Below the pieces are notes generated by a model. That model made no database searches and had not been told where the DNA came from. It saw only the letters and a list, made by a program, of their open reading frames with translations. This document shows, one piece after another, positions 1 through 8,689 of a stretch of 64,000 nt of DNA. The DNA comes from a phage: sequence record NC_100372.1. One strand, written 5' to 3'. The position numbers and the translations under genes are program-made. Position 1 is the stretch's first letter, and the number at the start of each line of letters is the position of its first letter.

Positions 1-159
1 GCCAATGAAGGGCCGACACTACCCATAATAAGTAATAAATTTAAAACATGGTACTTAGGATCTAGTATATTCTACATAAGTTAAGTATATGTACTTTAGT
101 ACCATAAGTACTAGATCTTTTATTTTTTATTATTTAGTTATTTTAGTTATATTCTTTAT

Positions 160-243
160 GTGTCCGTATCACGGACAGTTAGTGTCCGTATTACGGGCAA
201 ATGTGTCCGCGTGACGGACAGTAGTGTCCGTATCACGGACAGT
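160..243. repeat. Four tandem ~21 bp repeats, each built on the palindrome GTCCGT-N3-ACGGAC, at about 21-bp spacing (starts 160, 182, 203, 224); copies 1 and 4 identical
   Basis: Read directly: gtgtccgtatcacggacagt at 160 and 224, variants gtccgtattacgggc (184-198) and gtccgcgtgacggac (205-219). AT-rich tract 121-159 immediately upstream. Confidence 0.8.
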
Positions 244-316
244 TACTAACCTCTGTTCCATAGTGAACATAAAACATACAAATCCTTATAGTACAGATGT
301 TTAAGTTTTTACTGGT

Positions 317-667
317 CTAACCAGTTGTTGACATTCGAATAACTTCTTCTGGTGGCAAAACTTTGGAAAATGTGCATCTTTTACCTCTCCCTTGTGTGGA
401 TATTTCAACCACTCCTGCACATTCTAAAGTTTTAACGCACGCTGCTGCTTTTGTTTTCTTTATCCCAACATCTGCTGCAATTTTCCTTGTGCTGGGTGTG
501 AAGCGTAAATTTTCTCCAAGCTTATACCAGTTGTGCAGGTAGCAGTATACGATCTTGTCATATAAGTCAAGAACAACAACCTCCCCAGTTGTGTCATTCA
601 AAACTTTTGACATAGACAGTATTTCAAGGGGGACTTTAAGATATAGCAGCTTATCCCCATCTTTCAT
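317..667 (-). CDS. Small putative winged-helix DNA-binding protein
   Basis: 116-aa ORF; helix-turn-helix-like segment STRKIAADVGIKKTKAAACVKTLE; last gene of the minus-strand operon; true start may be internal. Confidence 0.4.
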   Translation of the reverse strand: MKDGDKLLYLKVPLEILSMSKVLNDTTGEVVVLDLYDKIVYCYLHNWYKLGENLRFTPSTRKIAADVGIKKTKAAACVKTLECAGVVEISTQGRGKRCTFSKVLPPEEVIRMSTTG

Positions 668-714
668 ATCTCCTGATTCTCCTTGTGTGGCAATTTTCTT
701 TAAAATAGCAGGGA

Positions 715-1269
715 TTACTCCCCGCTGTCAATAGCAAGACTCATTGCAATACGGTATGCCTCTTCTAATGGTAAGAGTCTCCCCCACACATCCCAACCGA
801 CATCAAACTGCCTGCCAAACAACTGCTGTGTGGTTCCGTGAGCATGACCGAACAGTTGGACTGATCCGTGAGGCTTTCTGTTCCACTTTGCAAACTGGTA
901 ATGGCTCATACAGATCAAATTCTTGTTGTGGCGAAGCTCGTAATAATCTACAACCTCATGACCGAACTCTTTCATAATTCTGACAGTCGTCCTTGTGTCA
1001 TGGTTACCACGAACAAGAATAATATGTCCGTTCAACATATTTAGAACATCTGGAAGCAATTTGTTGATATTCTTATCATTAGTGCACGCAATATCCCCCA
1101 AGTGAAACACAGTGTCTGCAGGTGACACAACAGAGTTCCACTTGGTGATGATTCCCGCATTCATACTGTCAAGATTGTGATCATACTGAGATCTGTGTTT
1201 TTGACATGAGTCGAACTCCATTACCCGCTGGTGGAGAAAGTGTGTGTCGCTTGTTACAAAGTATTTCAT
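715..1269 (-). CDS. Calcineurin-like metallophosphoesterase
   Basis: Motifs in order DTHF (DxH), GDIACTND (GDxxD), GNHD, GHAH. Start trimmed to the Met of MKYFVTSDTHF because the longest ORF overlaps the upstream gene. Confidence 0.7.
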   Translation of the reverse strand: MKYFVTSDTHFLHQRVMEFDSCQKHRSQYDHNLDSMNAGIITKWNSVVSPADTVFHLGDIACTNDKNINKLLPDVLNMLNGHIILVRGNHDTRTTVRIMKEFGHEVVDYYELRHNKNLICMSHYQFAKWNRKPHGSVQLFGHAHGTTQQLFGRQFDVGWDVWGRLLPLEEAYRIAMSLAIDSGE

Positions 1270-1276
1270 ACATTCC

Positions 1277-1687
1277 TCATTTAAGTTTAATGCAGTTTTT
1301 AAGCTGGCGTTCCATACGATCCACAACCCTGTCTGGAACATCATGAATGCTTTTATTACCATGGCGGTTTTCAACCACGATCACGGTATAACTATATCCA
1401 TGACTGATCGCCATGTCAATATATTCTTGCACATATTTTTCTTTTGTAAACGTATTACTTACCACGATACGGTCGTAGCCCATACGCATCATATCTTCTA
1501 CGTTATCTTTGCACCATTTTGCTGCAAGTGTTACTTTACTTGCATCCCAATTGTAATTGCCGTCATCGTCGTACCAGAACATATCGTTCTCAAAATGTGG
1601 ATACAGACCTTCTAAAGATAGCGCATTTGCCAGTGTTGATTTGCCAGACCCTGGTAGACCACGCACGATATATAGCATTTTAGACAT
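1277..1687 (-). CDS. P-loop kinase, polynucleotide 5'-kinase-like
   Basis: Walker A GLPGSGKST at the N-terminus, plus VVSNTFTKEK and VPDRVVDRM segments resembling the T4 Pnk kinase domain as recalled. Start taken at MSKMLYIVRG with a GGAGAG RBS. Confidence 0.55.
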   Translation of the reverse strand: MSKMLYIVRGLPGSGKSTLANALSLEGLYPHFENDMFWYDDDGNYNWDASKVTLAAKWCKDNVEDMMRMGYDRIVVSNTFTKEKYVQEYIDMAISHGYSYTVIVVENRHGNKSIHDVPDRVVDRMERQLKNCIKLK

Positions 1688-1708
1688 AGTAACTCTCCGT
1701 TTTAATTT

Positions 1709-1777
1709 TAATGATAGTATACCTAACTGTTTTGTTAATTTCAAGTGTTGACACCAAGTTATTTGTGTGGCAGGATA
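1709..1777. promoter_or_regulatory. Divergent promoter region between the minus operon and the plus block
   Basis: Minus strand: TTGAAA, 17-nt spacer, TATACT (plus coordinates 1716-1743). Plus strand: TTGACA at 1748-1753 with a weak -10. Confidence 0.35.
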
Positions 1778-1787
1778 AAGGGACAAA

Positions 1788-2723
1788 ATGACAAATGAGG
1801 AATGTATAATGAAGTATTTTAATGCAGACAACCTAGTTGACAAAGGTCTTGTAACCAGCAGATATTACCCGGATCTTGGGTTAAAGATCTATAAATATGC
1901 CAGAAAAGTATTCTACAACAATTTATGGCATTTGTCTCCTCGTTTGCTGGAGTGCCGAGGCATTGTTGTCGGTAATGAAGGAAATGTTGTGGCATGGCCC
2001 TTCACAAAAGTGTTTAACTTGGGAGAAAATTCCACCAACCTGCCTGACAATAAACTTGTGACGGCGGTAGAGAAAAAGAACGGATTCCTTGGTGTGGTAT
2101 CATCTCATAAAGGTGAACTATTGTTCTCAACAACCGGGTCTCTTGATTCTCCATATTGTAACCTCGCAAAGGAAACAATCCAGGAGCAATGTGGTAATTT
2201 AGATCTTATCAAGAGGGTTATGGGCCATGAAAACATGACATTCATGTTTGAAATTTGTCACCCTTCAGATCCGCATATTGTTCAGGAAGATCATGGCGCA
2301 TATTTGATAGGTTGCAGATATAATGATTCTGGAATAATGCTACCAGAAGCAGCTTTAGATGGGATTGCCAAATACCTTGGTGCAAAACGTCCTCACACTG
2401 TGCGTGAAATTCCGTTCAGCTATGCAAAAGAATTAGCTGCAGAAACAAGAGGTGAAGGGTATATGATTCGTAAGCCTTACTACCCTTATGATCTGCAGCT
2501 GAAGATCAAGTCTCCATACTATTTGGCACGGAAGGCCGTAATGAGGGGTAAAGCTTGGAAGATTTGGGATGATGATATCTTTAAACGTGTTGACGAAGAG
2601 TTTTACGGCATGGTAAACTTCATTCGTAGAAACTACACAGAAGATGTGTGGAATTGCCTCCTGGAGCAGGAACGACGTGAGATACTTGACTGCTATTTCC
2701 ACAACGAGGACTATATGCAATGA
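1788..2723 (+). CDS. ATP-dependent nucleic acid ligase (covalent nucleotidyltransferase), RNA ligase-like
   Basis: Motif I-like EKKNGF (Kx[DN]G), motif IV-like GEGYMIRKP, motif V-like LKIKSPYY; 311 aa; divergent from the kinase/phosphoesterase pair. Confidence 0.5.
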   Translation: MTNEECIMKYFNADNLVDKGLVTSRYYPDLGLKIYKYARKVFYNNLWHLSPRLLECRGIVVGNEGNVVAWPFTKVFNLGENSTNLPDNKLVTAVEKKNGFLGVVSSHKGELLFSTTGSLDSPYCNLAKETIQEQCGNLDLIKRVMGHENMTFMFEICHPSDPHIVQEDHGAYLIGCRYNDSGIMLPEAALDGIAKYLGAKRPHTVREIPFSYAKELAAETRGEGYMIRKPYYPYDLQLKIKSPYYLARKAVMRGKAWKIWDDDIFKRVDEEFYGMVNFIRRNYTEDVWNCLLEQERREILDCYFHNEDYMQ

Positions 2724-3070
2724 AGAAGTTGATTGTGTGGCTGGATGACTTGAGAGATCCGTCAAATTATGGGCTCCCAGATGCTCTTTGGCTAAAGAAT
2801 TCCTCTGAGTTTATGGATTTTATTAACGATAAGGGAAAGCTCTACAGGCGCGTTTCTGAGTGGCACATGGACAACGACCTTGGAGAGGTATTTGAAGGGT
2901 ACGATTGCCTATCTATGCTGGAGGAAAAATTTGTATTTGGTAAGCCTCCTGTAGTTGACAACGTGAAGATTTTCGTGCATACTTCTAACCCATCAGCTGC
3001 TCGTAAATTCATGCTTGCTGCTGACTCGTTTAAAAAGTTTGGAATAGAGATTAAACAAAACATCTACTGA
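2720..3070 (+). CDS. Hypothetical protein
   Basis: 116-aa ORF overlapping the upstream stop (ATGA-type coupling), same strand as neighbours. Confidence 0.4.
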   Translation: MKKLIVWLDDLRDPSNYGLPDALWLKNSSEFMDFINDKGKLYRRVSEWHMDNDLGEVFEGYDCLSMLEEKFVFGKPPVVDNVKIFVHTSNPSAARKFMLAADSFKKFGIEIKQNIY

Positions 3071-3078
3071 GGACACTT

Positions 3079-3840
3079 ATGCGACGACTGATCATTATCT
3101 CCGGTGCTGGTTTGAGCGCTGAATCTGGTATCCCAACTTTCCGATCTGGTGGCACTGCAATGTGGGAGAATTTCAGCATCGATGAGGTGTGTAACATCCA
3201 CACCTTTGCCAAGAACTATTATAAGGTTCATGACTTTTACAATGCACGGCGTGTAGCTCTGGGCAGTGTTGATCCTAACCTTGCACATCTCCGGATCGCT
3301 GAATGGTATTCCCGCTGGTCTGGTCGCGTGATCAACCTGACAACCAATGTAGATGATTTGCTGGAGCGTGCTGGTGTAAAACATGAAGATATTTTACATG
3401 TCCACGGATATTTGCCAGAAATAGTCTACGAGGATGATGAAGGGAGTAACGTCATTAAAGACATTGGATACTCTGAGGTAGATGCAAGCAAGTATACTTG
3501 GGTTAAGCCTAATGTCGTGTTCTTCGGAGAAGTAGCTCCAAAGTATACAGACATGTATGACCTGTTGACTTCTCTGACGAGCAATGATATGGTTATCCTT
3601 GTAGGGTGCTCCAACACAGTTATCAATTTTAACTGGGAGCTATTCCCTGCCTGTAATAAGGGGACCAAACTGCTGATCGTTAACAAATACGACTCACAGC
3701 ATTTAGGGGAGAATGGCATTTCACGTAGTGACATTTACCAGTATGAGGATCGCGGCATCCCAGTTTGGTTTAACGGGGCTGTTGACGCTTTCTCTGATAA
3801 AACATTCATTGACATCGTAGAAAACTTTATGGAACTGTAA
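3079..3840 (+). CDS. Sir2-family NAD-dependent deacylase / ADP-ribosyltransferase-like protein
   Basis: Canonical sirtuin N-terminal motif GAGLSAESGIPTFR; 253 aa. Confidence 0.85.
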   Translation: MRRLIIISGAGLSAESGIPTFRSGGTAMWENFSIDEVCNIHTFAKNYYKVHDFYNARRVALGSVDPNLAHLRIAEWYSRWSGRVINLTTNVDDLLERAGVKHEDILHVHGYLPEIVYEDDEGSNVIKDIGYSEVDASKYTWVKPNVVFFGEVAPKYTDMYDLLTSLTSNDMVILVGCSNTVINFNWELFPACNKGTKLLIVNKYDSQHLGENGISRSDIYQYEDRGIPVWFNGAVDAFSDKTFIDIVENFMEL

Positions 3841-3854
3841 GCGGAGGCCTTTTA

Positions 3855-4568
3855 ATGCTGAATACTAAACTGATTGACAACTTGGAAAAACTGTCTCAGC
3901 CTGAAAACTACCTTTGGTCTGCCAACTGGGTGGAAAATTGGAACCGTGTAGCAGCTAAAGTGAAAAAATCATACACACCATTCGAACTTCAGCTGAGTTT
4001 CATTGAGGAAGAGTTCAATGAAGTTTTGGAAGAGTTGGAGAAAGGTGATGGTGGGGATCATCTCCTAAAAGAGGCCTGCGATCTTCACGTTGTCACAAGT
4101 TATGCCGCTTATCTTGTTAACGATAACCATGAAAAGTGGTCAAACCTGTTTGATAATCCGCGAGGTCTTAAGTTTAAGATCGGTGAATTTTATGATACAC
4201 TGATCGCTGCGAAAAATACCTCTAAGCAAAGAGCGTCTGCTTACCGCTTAGCAGAGTTGTCGACAGCTTTGCTGTTCCAGCTTCGCGGTGATGTGTGCGG
4301 GATGATGCGGAAGGTTCTAAAATCTAATGACAGCAAGTTTGCACGCGTCAACCATCTGCGGTATTCACACGGTGCCAGTGCAGATATGCCTGCTGAACAA
4401 CTTATCGAGTTGGAGATTAAAGATCTTGAGCGACGCTTTGATGGTCGCTATGAAGGTTTTGTTGCTAAAGAAGAATTCTACAACGGAAATAAAGTTATCA
4501 TATTCCTCGACAGTAAAGGTAAGATTATGAAGCCTTCAAGCTTCAAGGATGTAACAGAATATATTTAA
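3855..4568 (+). CDS. Hypothetical protein, possible MazG-like nucleotide pyrophosphohydrolase fold
   Basis: Acidic helical segment IEEEFNEVLEELEKGDGGDHLLKEACDL resembles the MazG/HisE EExxE...D metal-binding pattern; weak. Confidence 0.4.
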   Translation: MLNTKLIDNLEKLSQPENYLWSANWVENWNRVAAKVKKSYTPFELQLSFIEEEFNEVLEELEKGDGGDHLLKEACDLHVVTSYAAYLVNDNHEKWSNLFDNPRGLKFKIGEFYDTLIAAKNTSKQRASAYRLAELSTALLFQLRGDVCGMMRKVLKSNDSKFARVNHLRYSHGASADMPAEQLIELEIKDLERRFDGRYEGFVAKEEFYNGNKVIIFLDSKGKIMKPSSFKDVTEYI

Positions 4569-4574
4569 TAACAT

Positions 4575-4603
4575 AGCCGGGGCGATCCCGGCTTTACTTG
4601 TTT
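4575..4603 (+). terminator. Candidate intrinsic terminator
   Basis: Stem agccggg / cccggct with loop gcgat, followed by ttacttgttt, just after the stop at 4566-4568. Confidence 0.5.
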
Positions 4604-4632
4604 AGGAAAGTATGCAAGTGAGGTAGAAAGTT

Positions 4633-4941
4633 ATGTACAAGCACTCCAGAGATCTTGAAAACGATGCTGTGTTTGGGGATCAGATGAAAGAATTGGTTAA
4701 ACTTATAGGTAGGATAGAGGATAAGTTTGACACTAAGATCTACATCGACAGCAAAGTATTCAACCACAAAATATGGACAAATCTGTGTGTTGGACTGCAT
4801 GGAGATAAAGATGTGGTAAATTTAGTTGTAATTAAGTTCATAGTGTGGCAGAATAAAACTATAAATTATTACGATCCGCACCTGCTTGTTTACCCGATAA
4901 AAGACCTATTAGAGAAGGAGGACTGCAATGCTGTTATTTAA
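4633..4941 (+). CDS. Hypothetical protein
   Basis: 102-aa ORF in the plus-strand block. Confidence 0.35.
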   Translation: MYKHSRDLENDAVFGDQMKELVKLIGRIEDKFDTKIYIDSKVFNHKIWTNLCVGLHGDKDVVNLVVIKFIVWQNKTINYYDPHLLVYPIKDLLEKEDCNAVI

Positions 4942-5197
4942 TCTTGCTAAACCTGTAGAAGCACACCAGTTTGACGGAAGCTCTTCATCAGTATCTGATC
5001 TGCAACGGTGGATTGATACAGGTGTGTTTACACCGTCACCTGTTCGGACCAGAGATATTCTTCGCATGTGTGAGCTTGTCGAGCCGTTTGGTAACCTGGT
5101 CTTGTACCAAGGGGATTGGTTAGTTGACTTTATGGGAGACTGGTTGGTAATGAGCAAAGAAGAGATGTTTAAAATTTTTAAGGAAGAGGCTGAGTAA
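4928..5197 (+). CDS. Hypothetical protein
   Basis: 89-aa ORF, overlaps neighbours by a few nt. Confidence 0.35.
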   Translation: MLLFNLAKPVEAHQFDGSSSSVSDLQRWIDTGVFTPSPVRTRDILRMCELVEPFGNLVLYQGDWLVDFMGDWLVMSKEEMFKIFKEEAE

Positions 5198-6480
5198 TGC
5201 ATCAGATCAAAACAACACTGTACGCACTGAACAAAGATGGCAGCTACCAACAGTGGAAAGTATTCACGGATGGTGATAAGGTTATTGTAGAGTTTGGCAA
5301 GCTTGATGGTAAACTGCAATACAAAGAGACGATCTGCACACCTAAGAACGTGGGTCGTGCCAATGAAACTACAGCTGAGCAACAGGCTGAGCTGGAAGCG
5401 ATCAGTAAGTGGGAAAAACAAGTCCGTCTGGGGTATGTTGAAAATATGGAAGATTGCGAGCAGGGTGTTGACCTTTTACCCATGCTGGTGCATGACTACC
5501 TGAAGCGTGGAAAGGCACTTAAATTACCTTGCTGGATCTTGCGTAAGTTAGATGGCCTTCGTCTACTGGTTGTTTTCCAAAACGGTGAGCCTAAATTTAT
5601 TTCCCGTGGTAATAAGTCCTACCCTATTCAAGGAAAGCTTCTGGAGCAACTTCGTTCTTTCCACTTCACCACCGGGATTAAACAGCTCGACGGAGAGATC
5701 TATATTCATGGTCTGCCTCTGCAGAAAATAGTGTCTCTTGCTAAACGTTGGCGCACACAGGAAGAGATTCAGGCCGAGATCGATAAAGACTACGAGGCAG
5801 ATAAAAAACGCCGTCATGCCGCAATTAAGGCAGGCTTATCAACATACAAAAACTTCAATAAGGTAGATATTCCTGTTGATGTTGAGCCTGTTCGTGATGA
5901 TTTGCGTTACGGAGGGTACTGTAGCTATGACTTAGAGTATCATATTTTCGACATCCCTAGTGACAAGGTATGGTGGGATCCGGAAACAGAATCTGGACGA
6001 TGCAAGGATCTTATGGATGCAGAAGATACCATTACCACTCTGATGCTTGACCATATCAAGGTTGTTGACGCAGAGCTTGCGTACACAGTTGATCATTGCG
6101 AAGAATCTGTTGGTGTATTCATGTCCGAAGGATATGAAGGTACTATCATGCGTAACTTCTGTGGTAAATACGAATACGGTCAGCGAACATCTGAAGCATT
6201 GAAATGGAAAAAGTTCAACGATGCTGAGGTGAAAGTTATTGACGTTGAGAAAGATAAGAATGATGAAGGTGTTCTTATCTGTGTTGACAAGGAAGGTATC
6301 GTTGTTAAAATGAAGATGAAAGGTACGCACGAGGAGCGTAGCTATGACAGGATGCAGGAAATGATCGGCAAGTTTGTCACCTTCAAATATCAAGCAAGGA
6401 CAGAAGACAACAACTACCAATTCCCTGTCGGCATCTGCGTCCGAAATGTTAACCCAGACACTTGGGAGGTTCTGGAATGA
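5197..6480 (+). CDS. ATP-dependent DNA ligase
   Basis: Motif I KLDGLR (KxDGxR) in ILRKLDGLRLLVV; 427 aa. Confidence 0.7.
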   Translation: MHQIKTTLYALNKDGSYQQWKVFTDGDKVIVEFGKLDGKLQYKETICTPKNVGRANETTAEQQAELEAISKWEKQVRLGYVENMEDCEQGVDLLPMLVHDYLKRGKALKLPCWILRKLDGLRLLVVFQNGEPKFISRGNKSYPIQGKLLEQLRSFHFTTGIKQLDGEIYIHGLPLQKIVSLAKRWRTQEEIQAEIDKDYEADKKRRHAAIKAGLSTYKNFNKVDIPVDVEPVRDDLRYGGYCSYDLEYHIFDIPSDKVWWDPETESGRCKDLMDAEDTITTLMLDHIKVVDAELAYTVDHCEESVGVFMSEGYEGTIMRNFCGKYEYGQRTSEALKWKKFNDAEVKVIDVEKDKNDEGVLICVDKEGIVVKMKMKGTHEERSYDRMQEMIGKFVTFKYQARTEDNNYQFPVGICVRNVNPDTWEVLE

Positions 6481-6604
6481 TGTAGGAAGGTTTAGTAGGT
6501 AACGGTAGCCAATTGAATGATGGTTTTTCAATTGGCACCTGCATAACCACATTATGCAGTGTTGTTGATCGGGTTAGTTATGAGTAAATTGGAGAGTATG
6601 AAAA

Positions 6605-7075
6605 ATGAAACTTGATAAAAATGTTCAACGAAAAGCTTTCTTGGATATGATCGCATATTCAGAAGGTACAGATAACGGTAGACAACCTACCAAGGATCGG
6701 GGCTATGATGTCATAGTCGGTGGCAAGCTGTTTAGCGATTACAGCAAGCATCCGGGTGTGTACGTTAAGCTAAATGCTAAACTTACCTCCTCTGCTGCGG
6801 GGCGCTACCAAGTTTTGGAGAAGTTTGCTAAACACTATATGAAACAGTTAGGATTACCAGATTTTGGCCCTGCCAGTCAGGATAAGATCGCACTACAATT
6901 GATCCGTGAGTGCAAGGCGCTCGATGATATTGATGAAGGTCGTATTCATCAGGCCATCCATCTTTGCAGATCCCGATGGGCAAGCCTTCCTGGTGCAGGG
7001 TACGGTCAGCATGAACAGAAGATTGAGAAGTTGATCGAGGTGTTTAAAAAGGCAGGCGGCATTGTCCTAGATTAA
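6605..7075 (+). CDS. Lytic transglycosylase endolysin, phage lambda R-like
   Basis: Strong full-length similarity to lambda R as recalled from memory: QRKAFLDMIAYSEGTDNGRQ, GYDVIVGG, AGRYQ, WASLPGAGYGQHEQK, KAGG. Confidence 0.85.
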   Translation: MKLDKNVQRKAFLDMIAYSEGTDNGRQPTKDRGYDVIVGGKLFSDYSKHPGVYVKLNAKLTSSAAGRYQVLEKFAKHYMKQLGLPDFGPASQDKIALQLIRECKALDDIDEGRIHQAIHLCRSRWASLPGAGYGQHEQKIEKLIEVFKKAGGIVLD

Positions 7076-7138
7076 TCATTGACATGACCACATGGACGTG
7101 GTATTGTTACCTAGTAAAATGTTAAGAAGGGTTTAACC

Positions 7139-7345
7139 ATGAAAGATTTTCTGTTGGCAATTTTGTTCATGGCAGCATGTCTGGCCTGTGGTGTCGTGTT
7201 TGCAGGTGAAACAGCGTATCTTGTCGATGTATATCGGGACAATGGTAAACGTATTTGCCTTTATGAAACAAGCCAAGGTGAGCTCTACGAGCTTGTTAAA
7301 CAAGGCGAGGCTGGATCTTGTCCTCGGACTCACTTCTTCGAATAA
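7139..7345 (+). CDS. Small lipoprotein
   Basis: Hydrophobic N-terminus with lipobox-like LAC/G (MKDFLLAILFMAACLACG); 68 aa; two further Cys (C40, C61) in the mature part. Confidence 0.45.
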   Translation: MKDFLLAILFMAACLACGVVFAGETAYLVDVYRDNGKRICLYETSQGELYELVKQGEAGSCPRTHFFE

Positions 7346-7356
7346 GGTTGGTAGTA

Positions 7357-7574
7357 TGGCTTTAGAAGGCACTGATTATATTCACGATTACCGTGGGAGT
7401 GCAGTGTATGTGGGCGATACTGTTGCAGTATACTACGGTTATGGTTCCCTAGAAACAGCGAAGGTCATACAGATCAAGAATGACCGTGCTAAGCTTGAAG
7501 TTTATTACTCTAATGGTGAAAGATCGATTTCTAAGTGGAAAGATGGTCATTGTATGGTCAAATTGGAGGGCTGA
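7357..7574 (+). CDS. Hypothetical protein
   Basis: Start chosen at MALEGTDY with an upstream AAGG RBS; the longer track ORF 7188-7574 overlaps the lipoprotein gene. Confidence 0.4.
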
Positions 7575-8038
7575 TGGAAGACGGACGTTTAATGAAGTCT
7601 GAACGCAGGCTTATTGTGCAGCTGATCCCAGAAACAGCTTGGTATAATAATCTCCGAAACGCTGTGAAGAAGAGTGAGTGGGATAAGATCCGTAAGAAGT
7701 GCTACAGAGAAGCCAACTATACTTGTGAGGTGTGCGGCGGTAAAGGCAGCAAACATCCGGTGGAGTGTCATGAACTTTACACTTTCGAAGAGGGAGTGAT
7801 CCGGCTTGTCGGACTGATAGCGTTGTGCCCAGATTGTCACACATCGGTGCATCCTGGGTTAGCAAATATCCGTGGAAAGTATGCTCAGGCAGTTAATCAG
7901 TTGGCTAAGGTGAATAAGATCACCAAGGGTATGGCAGAGGCCTATTACCGAGACTGCTTTGCAGAATGGCGGGAGCTTAGCAAAGTTCCTGAATGGAGAA
8001 CTGACTTTTCGTGGATAGAGGGTTACCTTGATGGCTAA
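7574..8038 (+). CDS. Putative HNH-type nuclease
   Basis: Cys/His pattern CEVCGG...ECHELY...LCPDCHTSVH; start at MEDGRLMKS overlapping the upstream stop (tgATGg). Confidence 0.4.
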   Translation: MEDGRLMKSERRLIVQLIPETAWYNNLRNAVKKSEWDKIRKKCYREANYTCEVCGGKGSKHPVECHELYTFEEGVIRLVGLIALCPDCHTSVHPGLANIRGKYAQAVNQLAKVNKITKGMAEAYYRDCFAEWRELSKVPEWRTDFSWIEGYLDG

Positions 8039-8321
8039 GAAACCTGTAAAAGAGAAATTTGATAAGACAGCTTTTGTATTCGATACACCTCTGGACGACA
8101 TTATTAGAGGTATGCAAGCACTGTATCGAAAGGCTGAATCTGAGCAGTTGTCTGAATCAGAACTTTACTGGCTTGGTTGGTGGGAGTTAAACCTGCCTAA
8201 AGCTGAAAGTTCTTGTCTGAGAACTGTTAAAACGTGCGCCCAAGAAAACGCCGCACTTGGAATCTACCACAAAAGGAAAAGATCAACAAAAAGCTCTCCA
8301 AGAAAGACTAAAAAGTCTTGA
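8028..8321 (+). CDS. Hypothetical protein with basic C-terminus
   Basis: 97-aa ORF ending in HKRKRSTKSSPRKTKKS. Confidence 0.35.
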   Translation: MMAKKPVKEKFDKTAFVFDTPLDDIIRGMQALYRKAESEQLSESELYWLGWWELNLPKAESSCLRTVKTCAQENAALGIYHKRKRSTKSSPRKTKKS

Positions 8322-8347
8322 CAAAAGTGCTATTAATCTGATATTAT
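8318..8347 (+). promoter_or_regulatory. Sigma70-like promoter
   Basis: TTGACA at 8318-8323, 17-18 nt spacer, ATATTA/TATTAT at 8341-8347; AGGAG RBS and ATG at 8381 downstream. Confidence 0.6.
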
Positions 8348-8380
8348 CAGTCAGATATTTATAAACTAGGAGAACTAGAC

Positions 8381-8689
8381 ATGCTTAAAATTTTTATTGT
8401 TGAAGATAAAGATATTGTCCAGTTGTATGCAAACGAGAATCATAAAGGTATGATCCTGAAGAAGGCAAGCAACCTTCATGAAAACACCATTCAACCTGGC
8501 GATGTAATTAAGATCTGTGGCTATCTGATACCAGACTCCTTGATGAAAATAACCCACCACTGGGGGTCTAATCCGTTCCTTTTTGAAAAATATTGGGATG
8601 TTGAGTCGCTTATTGCAGAGAGTGATGATGCATTCCATTACAGCATCCAACCATCTTGCAGAGTAACTAACAGGAGGGTCTTTGAGTAG
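8381..8689 (+). CDS. Hypothetical protein
   Basis: 102-aa ORF directly downstream of the promoter and RBS. Confidence 0.45.
   Translation: MLKIFIVEDKDIVQLYANENHKGMILKKASNLHENTIQPGDVIKICGYLIPDSLMKITHHWGSNPFLFEKYWDVESLIAESDDAFHYSIQPSCRVTNRRVFE

Noticed and set aside
744-2765. Antisense ORFs overlapping the phosphoesterase, kinase and ligase genes (744-977 +, 1244-1615 +, 1557-1751 +, 2433-2765 -)
   Set aside because: Each lies fully inside a motif-supported gene on the opposite strand and has low-complexity or Cys/His-rich composition typical of antisense frames.
7139-7345. Holin adjacent to the endolysin
   Set aside because: The 68-aa product has a single N-terminal hydrophobic segment with a lipobox-like Cys and a soluble Cys-containing body, fitting a lipoprotein rather than a two- or three-TM holin.
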